Origin: a virus
Taxonomy: Duplodnaviria; Heunggongvirae; Uroviricota; Caudoviricetes
Strand: one strand, 5' to 3'
Virus record (IMG/VR): IMGVR_UViG_3300027807_000001
Location: 147,285 to 210,348 of that record
DNA: 63,064 bases
Shown here: positions 55,559 to 63,064 of the stretch, in pieces
Layout: the number at the start of each line of letters is the position of its first letter
Numbering within the stretch: the first letter of the stretch is position 1
Program-made: the position numbers and the translations under genes
Notes under the pieces: generated by a model
What the model was told of the DNA's origin: nothing
Database searches by the model: none
The model's input: the letters and a program-made list of their open reading frames with translations, nothing else

Positions 55559-58165
55559 TTAAAGCGCGCCGGCCATCATAACGGTAGCTATATTGCTTAA
55601 AGCGGAAGAAGGAACCCACGCAGGCGCGCCAGTTCCTCCGGAAGTTAAAGCGTACCCCGCAGTTCCCGCAGAAGAAAAACCAGTGGTGTTACTTCCAGTT
55701 TGATAAGGAATTTCTCCAGCTGTCCCTGATGCCAAATTAGTAGCAGTACTTGCGTTTCCTGTGATACTAAAAGAGCCGGTTCCTGTTAAATTAGTGACGG
55801 CAAATGTAGGAGTATTAGTCCAGCTAGGAGCTCCACTGTTACCTGCCAGAACTACATTAGCTCCAGGTGCAGATATAAAGCTAGTTGTATTAGCAGCTGT
55901 TTGGTAAGGAATTTCGTTTGCGGTACCTCCCCCTAAATCAGATGCGTATCCTGTTGTATTTTGGTTAAGGGTTGGAATATCAGTTGCGACTAAGGCTCTA
56001 AATGAAGGGGCTCCTGAACCACTAGTAGGACCAATAAATGCAAAACTCTGAGATGTAGAAGAAGATCCTGTACCGCCGTTGGTTGCAGGAAGTGTTCCAG
56101 AAACATCTGTAGTCAGAGACACGGGACCATATGAGGGAGATCCTGAAGCATTTCCGTGCAATACTGTTGTTGTAGTGCCTGCTGCGCCCTGCACCACTGC
56201 TGATCCGTTGGAAATCATTATGGTATTCCCTGACAGAGCAGTAGAGGAGTTCGTTCCTCCATTTGCAATAGCTAGTGTACCTGTAGTAACATGCGCGATA
56301 GATACAACTGTCGGATTGGGATAAGAGGATCCTAAATCGCCTCCAGCAGATCCCGAAGGGGGTAAGGTAGATGCAGGAGTCTGCCAAGAAGCTGCAGACG
56401 AGGAAGTAGCCGTCAGCACCTGACCAGTAGTAGGAGCGGTAGCAGAAGACACATTAACAGTTGTCGTAGCGCTAGTTAACCCATTTGCTGCCCCAACAGT
56501 TAAAGAAGATTGATTTGCCCAAGTAGGAGAGCTAGTCCCTCCTGAAAGTAAAACCTGGTTTGAAGAGCCGGCTGCTGTAAATCCTGTAGTACTCGGAGCC
56601 GTCTGATAGGGGATTTCACCAGCAGCTCCCCCAGTAATATTCGCTGAACTTGATCCTACTGCTTGCCATGTAGCTGCTGTAGAGGAAGTAGCCGTTAATA
56701 CTTGGCCGCTGCTAGGTGATCCTGTAACAGTAACACCCCCTACAGCTGTAGAAGAGCCAGTGAGAGATCCAGTAAAAGACGAGGCCACCACATTACCGGA
56801 ACCATCGACCGTAAATTGAGATGAAGACCCCACAGATAATAACTTTGAAGGAGATACATTTCCAATACCTAGGTAGCCACTATTATTAAGTACCATCTGG
56901 GTAGTATAGCTAGTATTAAACTGCAAGCTATTTACCGCCGAAAGTGTGCCGTTATTGGATCCGTCATTCGGCTCGTAATAGTCATACCCATCAGTTTCTG
57001 AACCGTAGGATGCCCCATTAGCTACTTCAACACCCGCTATCGATAGAAGAATTCCACTGGATGTAACTAGTATAGTATCTGGACTCGATGTAGGGCCAAT
57101 TAATAAATATCCATCATAATTTCCTGGTTGCCCCTCTGATATGATCCACCCACTTGGATTAGTGACTGCAGAAGGATTCGTAATCGTAACAGAGCTGCCA
57201 CTAATGACGGGATTAAGACTAAATTGATTGCCTGTTAAAACAAGTCCTGCTCCCGCAGTATACGCTCCAGGTCCCGCTGTTTGTGCAAAGACTATATTAG
57301 TAGTACCAACAGTTACTACGCTAGAGGTTGTTTGTACCCAAGCAGTATCTGACTGAGTAGATCCACCCGCAACGAATAGCGCATCCCCTGAGGATATGTT
57401 AGTGGTCTGATTAAAATCGGTAGATCGGGTTAGAACATAAGTAGAACTGCCAGATCCTGCAGCGGTAACAACATAAATTCCGTTATATGGTTGGTTACTC
57501 GCTGTTTCATTCTTAACCAGAATTCTACTACCGGCAGTAACAGCAACCCCATCAATGCTTAACAACCCGACGGCTGCTCCTGTTAACGTCGCGCCAACAC
57601 CACTAGTTCCATTGTTATAGGAGTAAGAAGGGAGTGCTGCTGTAGTAGCTAGAGCCGCTGCTGTTTTCCAGGTGAGCCCGTTAATAGAATTATCTACGTA
57701 ATTCTTAGTTGCTGCCCCCTGAGGAGTAGTTGGATCCGTTACGTTGATAATGGAGTGACTTCCCATATTAAGGGAAGCAGCCATGGTGCCTAGCGATGTA
57801 ATATTAGGCTGGGCAGCTACAGTAACAGTACCTGCTAGGCTAGCAGTGATAGTCCCTGCTGAAAAATTCCCGCTGCCATCCCGCTCTACAAGGGTATTAG
57901 GTGTATTAGAGCTCGTAGCAGATGCTACCTCAGTAACAGTAGAATTGATAGATGCAGCAGACGATCCACCAACACTCTCTACAGTGGCTGTTACGGATCC
58001 GCTGCCTGCAGCAGCAACGTCTCCAGTTAATTGAGTTATGCCCTCCACAGCAGGAGTTTGCCAGTCTGCTGTAGTAGAAGAAGTAGCTACAAGCGTTTGA
58101 CCGCTTGTAGGGGTACCAGAAATAACTACATTTCCGATTATCTGCGCAACTTCTGTATTACTCAT
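55559..58165 (-). CDS. Repetitive fibre protein
   Basis: LVERD.SGNFSAG, DP...Q.AATKNYVD, RILVKNE....NGIY, repeats shared with neighbours. Confidence 0.75.
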   Translation of the reverse strand: MSNTEVAQIIGNVVISGTPTSGQTLVATSSTTADWQTPAVEGITQLTGDVAAAGSGSVTATVESVGGSSAASINSTVTEVASATSSNTPNTLVERDGSGNFSAGTITASLAGTVTVAAQPNITSLGTMAASLNMGSHSIINVTDPTTPQGAATKNYVDNSINGLTWKTAAALATTAALPSYSYNNGTSGVGATLTGAAVGLLSIDGVAVTAGSRILVKNETASNQPYNGIYVVTAAGSGSSTYVLTRSTDFNQTTNISSGDALFVAGGSTQSDTAWVQTTSSVVTVGTTNIVFAQTAGPGAYTAGAGLVLTGNQFSLNPVISGSSVTITNPSAVTNPSGWIISEGQPGNYDGYLLIGPTSSPDTILVTSSGILLSIAGVEVANGASYGSETDGYDYYEPNDGSNNGTLSAVNSLQFNTSYTTQMVLNNSGYLGIGNVSPSKLLSVGSSSQFTVDGSGNVVASSFTGSLTGSSTAVGGVTVTGSPSSGQVLTATSSTAATWQAVGSSSANITGGAAGEIPYQTAPSTTGFTAAGSSNQVLLSGGTSSPTWANQSSLTVGAANGLTSATTTVNVSSATAPTTGQVLTATSSSAASWQTPASTLPPSGSAGGDLGSSYPNPTVVSIAHVTTGTLAIANGGTNSSTALSGNTIMISNGSAVVQGAAGTTTTVLHGNASGSPSYGPVSLTTDVSGTLPATNGGTGSSSTSQSFAFIGPTSGSGAPSFRALVATDIPTLNQNTTGYASDLGGGTANEIPYQTAANTTSFISAPGANVVLAGNSGAPSWTNTPTFAVTNLTGTGSFSITGNASTATNLASGTAGEIPYQTGSNTTGFSSAGTAGYALTSGGTGAPAWVPSSALSNIATVMMAGAL

Positions 58166-58181
58166 TTTATTTAATTGTTAT

Positions 58182-60251
58182 TTAGACAACCCACCAGTTT
58201 GAGCCGTCAGAGACTATCTCGTAGCTCTGATACTGCACAGACATAACTACTGTAGATGCATTATCAATTTTGTTGCTGCCGTTAGGAGTAATAGTTACCG
58301 TGTTAGTTGAAGAATCTATCTTTTTAATGCGGTATACATGGCCAGTTAGCCCAGACGCTGCAGCGAGAGTCACAACTATATTTCCACTTGTCGCGTTCGC
58401 AAGAATGACATCATCAGTAGCAGCAGCGGTATAGTTAGCAGTTCGCGTAGTGACATTTACTGTTCTTGGATTTTGCCAAGAAGCCGCTGTAGAAGAAGTA
58501 GCAACAAGAGCATATCCTACAGTAGGTGTGTTGATCGTAAAAGCTACGTTATTTATCGATAATCCTGATGAATAGGTAGCATTTCCAACAGTGAGTGTTC
58601 CTCCAGAAGCTTGACAGACCGATACGCTCCCGCTAATATAGCCACTACCCACTACATCTAGAGTAGCGGTGGGCAATGTTGAATCACTCCAGGATCCGGA
58701 ACGACCAATACCTACATTTCCAGTTGAGCTGGAAACAAAAAAGTCATACGCAACAGGGGTAGTAGTTGATGTAGCAACCGCAAAATTGTTGCCGAGAACA
58801 TGTACTTCTAAACCTGAAGTATTTCCTGTATTCACTCCTTCGGCTGCATCAAGATTGATAGAAGCTTGGGAGCTATTAGAAGTCGAAAAGCTATTTATTG
58901 AAAGTGAATTAGAAGCCGAGACAGCTGTAGAAGCTAATGAAATAGTTGTAGTTGATAGTGTAGGGGTAGCTGATGCTGTTGTGTTAGAGCTTATGTAAAT
59001 AGCAGAAACGGCTTGCTGCCCACTAGTGGAAGGCTGACTAGTCACGTTAATCCGCGCTTGATCTGATACCCCGGAAGCTACTATAATTCCTGGACGTAAT
59101 AGGCTGTGGTCTAAAGAAAGAGAGCCTACTTGGAGTAAGGGGCTGCTCACGTTGCTACTATCCCCAAGAACTAGCGTCGGAGCTGCAGAAATATCTGTGA
59201 ATGTAAAGTACGAGTCTCCCGCAAAAGCGCCGGAGCTATTAAACTGAATCTGCGAACTAGATCCCCCAGGAGTTGCGTTACCTGCAGCGGAGAATCTAAC
59301 AAATGTCAATGGGTTAGTACCTACTACTGCTGATCCTGAAGCATTATTACACACCCATCCAGACCCGGCGTAGGAAGTACCTTCCTCCACAAGCGCAAAG
59401 ACTCCCGAAGCGTTATATCCTGTAGGCAAATCTGAAGAGCGCGCCCAGGCGCCACTAGCGACAACATAGATACCATTATTAACAGCGCTAGTCTGTCCTA
59501 CGGCCAGCACGCGATTACCTACGCTAACAGCAACACCATCTATTGTCTGAGTGCCAGAGAGAGTTATATTAGATGATGCGATAACCTGTACAGAGGCTTT
59601 AACATCTAGCCCCTGCGCGACACTGTCTACGTAATTCTTGGTTGCAGCATCCTGGGGGGCTGTAGGATCTAATAGATTTAGAATTAGGTTGTTCCCCATA
59701 TTAAGGGAAGCAGCCATGGTGCCTAGCGATGTAATATTAGGCTGGGCAGCTACAGTAACAGTACCTGCTGTTCCAGTGGTATTAAACGCACCAGTTCCCG
59801 TTAAATTAGTAACGACTCCCGCAGAAGGGGTGCCTATATTAGGAGTTATCAGCGTCGGAGAAGTAGCCATTACAAACGTGTTACCGGTTCCTGTCTGCGA
59901 TGCTACCGCCGTTACGTTACCTGTAGAAGTGATTGGTCCTGTAAGATTAGCATTTGTAACCACCGTTGCCACAACAGAGCCGCTGCCTGCCGCAGTTACC
60001 CCACCAGTCAATGCGGTTATTCCGCCAGAAGGAGGGGTTTGCCAAGAAGCTGCTGTGGAAGAAGTGGCGACAAGTGTCTGGCCTATAGAGGGAGCTGTAG
60101 TAGATATCGCAACATCCTGTATACCCGTTACCACCGGAGCAGTAGAAGTTCCACCCAAGTCATGTGTCAACTGTACTAGCCCTGCTTGAGTAGGAGATGC
60201 ACCTAGGTTAGATAAATCAGATAACTGGATAAGGCCTGGTAAATTAGTCAT
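58182..60251 (-). CDS. Fibre protein
   Basis: DAATKNYVDSVAQGLDVKASV, LSG.QTIDGV...RVL..GQ....NGIY...W.R, C-terminal KKIDSS.N.VTI...SDGSNW. Confidence 0.75.
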   Translation of the reverse strand: MTNLPGLIQLSDLSNLGASPTQAGLVQLTHDLGGTSTAPVVTGIQDVAISTTAPSIGQTLVATSSTAASWQTPPSGGITALTGGVTAAGSGSVVATVVTNANLTGPITSTGNVTAVASQTGTGNTFVMATSPTLITPNIGTPSAGVVTNLTGTGAFNTTGTAGTVTVAAQPNITSLGTMAASLNMGNNLILNLLDPTAPQDAATKNYVDSVAQGLDVKASVQVIASSNITLSGTQTIDGVAVSVGNRVLAVGQTSAVNNGIYVVASGAWARSSDLPTGYNASGVFALVEEGTSYAGSGWVCNNASGSAVVGTNPLTFVRFSAAGNATPGGSSSQIQFNSSGAFAGDSYFTFTDISAAPTLVLGDSSNVSSPLLQVGSLSLDHSLLRPGIIVASGVSDQARINVTSQPSTSGQQAVSAIYISSNTTASATPTLSTTTISLASTAVSASNSLSINSFSTSNSSQASINLDAAEGVNTGNTSGLEVHVLGNNFAVATSTTTPVAYDFFVSSSTGNVGIGRSGSWSDSTLPTATLDVVGSGYISGSVSVCQASGGTLTVGNATYSSGLSINNVAFTINTPTVGYALVATSSTAASWQNPRTVNVTTRTANYTAAATDDVILANATSGNIVVTLAAASGLTGHVYRIKKIDSSTNTVTITPNGSNKIDNASTVVMSVQYQSYEIVSDGSNWWVV

Positions 60252-60259
60252 AGTTTATT

Positions 60260-60430
60260 TTAAAGTATTCGCCAACTAAAATCGTCCGGCTCGATCAATT
60301 TTTTAGCGACTAACAGAAGTTTTGTAGCCCGACGAAGACAGTTGCTATGCACGTAAAGATTTTCTCCTCGAACCTTGATTTTACGTTTTTCCTTATCGTA
60401 AAAAGGTTTATCACATAGCACACAAATCAT
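60260..60430 (-). CDS. 56-aa zinc-finger protein (below ORF-track cutoff)
   Basis: MICAMCDK...VHSNC...RIL*; fills the gap between neighbours. Confidence 0.6.
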   Translation of the reverse strand: MICVLCDKPFYDKEKRKIKVRGENLYVHSNCLRRATKLLLVAKKLIEPDDFSWRIL

Positions 60431-60432
60431 TT

Positions 60433-60804
60433 TTATTTCACAGCGGAGGCACTATCGGTGAACGAAGCAGCCTCGGGAGGGGCCGCAGTCGCTGTAGCTT
60501 CTACAGCAGCTCTAGAAGGTGCTATTTTATAAAGTCCTGCGGTAACCATATAATTGATTGCTGCAGAAAGAACTAAGAGACAAATACCATAGACAGCAGC
60601 CCATCTACCTTTCAATCCCCTTACTTCTTCAGAAAGTCCCGGCTTTCCATTTCCAAGAACTATATGCGAAATCTTTTCTTGTTGCTTATTTGAAGATTCT
60701 ATATATGCTGCAAGTGTATTGTGCAAGTTTTCTTGATTAGTTTTTATTTCAGCGACTAAAGCAGTGATTTGTAGCTGCCATTCGTGATTAGGATCTTTTG
60801 ACAT
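60433..60804 (-). CDS. Coiled-coil plus single-TM protein (holin/antiholin-like)
   Basis: Coiled coil, GNGKPGL, TM WAAVYGICLLVLSAAI. Confidence 0.5.
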   Translation of the reverse strand: MSKDPNHEWQLQITALVAEIKTNQENLHNTLAAYIESSNKQQEKISHIVLGNGKPGLSEEVRGLKGRWAAVYGICLLVLSAAINYMVTAGLYKIAPSRAAVEATATAAPPEAASFTDSASAVK

Positions 60805-60853
60805 TAAAATACTCCGCGGTTAAGTTAAAGCCCACGACCTCATCAAATCTATA

Positions 60854-61159
60854 TTAAAATCCAGGATCTGTCATATCCACAGGATCATCTACGGGGGTAG
60901 AAGGATCAACCGGATATCTAATTCTTGTAGCACTCACATGCGCAGATCCAATTACCCACGCAGAGAATATGGTGCCACATATCCCTCCTGTTGTCATGAT
61001 GGCTGTATTCATTGTAGAGGGATTATGGATGATACAATAGTGAATTAATATCAAATACGCGATTGCGTACAGCCAGCAAAGAAGCGTACGATGACTTTTA
61101 AGTTCTTTCGTCGTATTATCTAAAAACGATTGAATAGTCTTTCTTAAGTAGGAAAACAT
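60854..61159 (-). CDS. Two-TM holin-like protein
   Basis: Two hydrophobic helices and acidic C-terminal tail. Confidence 0.5.
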   Translation of the reverse strand: MFSYLRKTIQSFLDNTTKELKSHRTLLCWLYAIAYLILIHYCIIHNPSTMNTAIMTTGGICGTIFSAWVIGSAHVSATRIRYPVDPSTPVDDPVDMTDPGF

Positions 61160-61162
61160 AAA

Positions 61163-61966
61163 TTATGAAGCAGCTAGTGCTGTCCCGAGTGGCCGACAAT
61201 ATCTCTTGTCGATGAATTCTTTATCTTCCATCTTTAAAGGGCGCGTAATAGGGATCAAAGTTCTATAATTTTTTAAGTCAACATCTGGATGAGCGGTATA
61301 GTAACCAGTGGCTAAATCCATATGTAGACACTGCACATCAGTATTAACTAGTAGCCGATACCCCAGTTTTCTCAGTCGGTAAACAAAAAAATTATCTTCC
61401 CCTATAAAGGGCAATCCTTCAATACCTCTTGCAATACAACAATAGGGAAGTTCTGATTCCTCTTTCATCTTTTTTAAGATCGAAGTAGGAATTAAAGCAG
61501 CGTCGAGACCTGTTTGCCACGCTTCGTATACTTGTCCTGGATCAACATTAGCCGGAACGATATGATCTTCCTTTCTAATCATAACCATAGGACTTGATAG
61601 CTTAATATAATAGACGCCTACTACCATAGCATCTGGATTTTTTTCAGCGGTCTCATGTAACTTTAAAAATCCATCAACGGGAAGAACAGTATCTTCCCCT
61701 GCGAAGAGCATATATTTACATCCGCTCTCTATAGCTTGATCAATAAGGTAGTTACGCGCTACGTCTACAGGTTGTCCTCCTATGTTACAAAAACCATGGG
61801 AGTACCCAAGCATATCTATAGAAAGATTTTCGTGTCCATCAAAGTGCTGCGCAGGAAGTTCTTCTAAATCTCTACGAGGCTGACAAACTGTCACATACGG
61901 CTTAATTAGCGATGATTCTTCTTTAATTTCATGAAGTACTTGCATTATCTTTTCTTTACTATACAT
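61163..61966 (-). CDS. GT-A/GT2-like glycosyltransferase
   Basis: VDVARN.L...A...CKYMLFAGEDT, V.GVYY.K, G.D.ALI, GEDNFF..R....G......V.C.H. Confidence 0.75.
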   Translation of the reverse strand: MYSKEKIMQVLHEIKEESSLIKPYVTVCQPRRDLEELPAQHFDGHENLSIDMLGYSHGFCNIGGQPVDVARNYLIDQAIESGCKYMLFAGEDTVLPVDGFLKLHETAEKNPDAMVVGVYYIKLSSPMVMIRKEDHIVPANVDPGQVYEAWQTGLDAALIPTSILKKMKEESELPYCCIARGIEGLPFIGEDNFFVYRLRKLGYRLLVNTDVQCLHMDLATGYYTAHPDVDLKNYRTLIPITRPLKMEDKEFIDKRYCRPLGTALAAS

Positions 61967-61975
61967 AGCTTTCTC

Positions 61976-63064
61976 TTAAAGTTTGTTAAAAAATGGGGAA
62001 CAACACACCCCAACACCGAATGACTCTGCGGCAGCGGGGAATAGGTTTTGCCCTACTGTCGCCGCAAAAGGTACCATTATAATATTTCCATTTGGAGTTA
62101 ATATTCCTCCGAAATATGCTCCACCAAGGGACGAGGTTGTATAAGCTAGCGAATAAGTTGAAACCACTCCAGCTGATGATACCTTTTGACCTACGGATGC
62201 ACGCGCAGGAATAAAATGGATGTCTCCGTTTGATGCTAATACCCCTCCGCGATACGCTCCCGCTCCAGCTCCTGAATTAGTATAAATCAAACTGTAAGTT
62301 GAAACCACTCCAGCTGATGATACCATCTGCCCCACTGAAGCGAAGTTAGGAACAAAATGAATATTACCATTTGGATCTAAAACGCCTCCGTAGTAGCCAC
62401 CGGAACTATTAGTATAAATCAAACTGTAAGTTGAAACCACTCCAGCTGATGATACCTTTTGACCCACGGATGCAAGAGATGGAATAAAATGGATGTCTCC
62501 GTTTGATGCTAATGCGCCCCCTGCATAAGCACTTACACCGCCATTAGTATAAATCAAACTGTAAGTTGAAACCACTCCAGCTGATGATACCTTTTGACCT
62601 ACCGCCGCCTGCGCGGGAACAAAATGAATATTACCATTTGGATCTAAACATCCTCCGTAGTATGCTTGAATGGTTGTATAAGCTAGCGAATAAGTTGAAA
62701 CTACCCCGCTAGCGGATACCTTTTGACCTACCGTCGCATACTCCGGAACAAAATGGACATTGCCGTTTGGATCTAAAACGCCTCCGTTAAAAGCCCCGGA
62801 ACTATTAGTATAAATCAAACTGTAAGTTGAAACCACTCCAGCTGATGATACCTTTTGACCCACGGATGCACCACTTGGAACAAAATGGACATTGCCGTTT
62901 GGATCTAAAACGCCTCCGGCAGCATTCCCTGCGTTAACTAAACTGTAAGTTGAAACTATAGTAGTAGAAAAGGTAGAGCCGCTGTTAAAACTTCTACTCA
63001 TTAAGACCTGTAATTGAGAAAAAGCTACACCAGCTGTATCGATAGAGCTATTATCACCAGCTGG
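61976..63064 (-). CDS. 7-repeat beta-propeller-like protein (5' end probably outside window)
   Basis: Seven GG.L..NG..(HF/IM).P repeats; frame stays open for 21 codons from ATG 63001 to the window edge. Confidence 0.8.
   Translation of the reverse strand, partial: PAGDNSSIDTAGVAFSQLQVLMSRSFNSGSTFSTTIVSTYSLVNAGNAAGGVLDPNGNVHFVPSGASVGQKVSSAGVVSTYSLIYTNSSGAFNGGVLDPNGNVHFVPEYATVGQKVSASGVVSTYSLAYTTIQAYYGGCLDPNGNIHFVPAQAAVGQKVSSAGVVSTYSLIYTNGGVSAYAGGALASNGDIHFIPSLASVGQKVSSAGVVSTYSLIYTNSSGGYYGGVLDPNGNIHFVPNFASVGQMVSSAGVVSTYSLIYTNSGAGAGAYRGGVLASNGDIHFIPARASVGQKVSSAGVVSTYSLAYTTSSLGGAYFGGILTPNGNIIMVPFAATVGQNLFPAAAESFGVGVCCSPFFNKL
62060..62960 (-). repeat. Tandem ~132-141 bp coding repeats
   Basis: Identical blocks such as TATAAATCAAACTGTAAGTTGAAACCACTCCAGCTGATGATACC recur four times. 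Confidence 0.9.

Noticed and set aside
25425-60189. Many 60-183 aa plus-strand ORFs rich in V/A/P/E
   Set aside because: Antisense to S/T/A/G-rich structural genes whose codons rarely give reverse-strand stops; no recognisable motifs
50452-60251. Diversity-generating retroelement or invertible shufflon
   Set aside because: Repeat pairs are identical and direct, with no adenine-specific differences; no RT or site-specific recombinase in the window
62060-62960. Regular repeats resembling a CRISPR array
   Set aside because: In-frame coding repeats of ~44-47 aa with no unique spacers and no cas genes
1-63064. Stop-codon reassignment
   Set aside because: Genes are full length under the standard code; TAA, TAG and TGA all terminate genes
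1-63064. tRNA or rRNA genes
   Set aside because: No cloverleaf or T-loop signature seen by eye in the few intergenic gaps; tRNAscan not run

Overview
The window is a 63 kb slice of a large tailed phage with a contractile tail (myovirus-like, Caudoviricetes). It uses the standard genetic code, and all but one credible gene lie on the minus strand. Read in the direction of transcription (right to left), it begins with a 7-repeat beta-propeller protein, a GT2-like glycosyltransferase, holin-like membrane proteins and several S/T/G/A-rich repetitive fibre proteins. Next come the neck/tail-completion genes, sheath, two tube paralogues, frameshifted tail chaperones, tape measure, hub, spike, gp25-like and gpJ-like wedge proteins, fibres and an M15 endolysin. 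A lone plus-strand gene and an AT-rich structured intergenic region follow. The final block covers replication, recombination and nucleotide metabolism: SF2 helicase, DnaC, DnaB, class II RNR, sigma factor, Csp, primase Zn-finger, SSB-like protein, RecA, split Rad50/SbcC with Mre11/SbcD, PhoH, NinG, QueC/QueD/QueE, and a uracil-DNA-glycosylase/PolA fusion running off the left edge (missing from the ORF track). The most notable signals are: (1) a prfB(RF2)-like +1 frameshift cassette in a neck gene; (2) a canonical -1 tail-chaperone frameshift; (3) a preQ0 (7-deazaguanine) pathway; (4) a fixed-spacing TGTAATA-N6-ATG motif suggesting leaderless transcripts; (5) reuse of small domains and exact 60-75 bp DNA blocks across virion genes; (6) a mini-protein resembling a capsid segment. 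No tRNA, CRISPR array, integrase, reverse transcriptase, terminase or capsid gene was seen. All product calls come from motif reading and gene order; no database searches were run.
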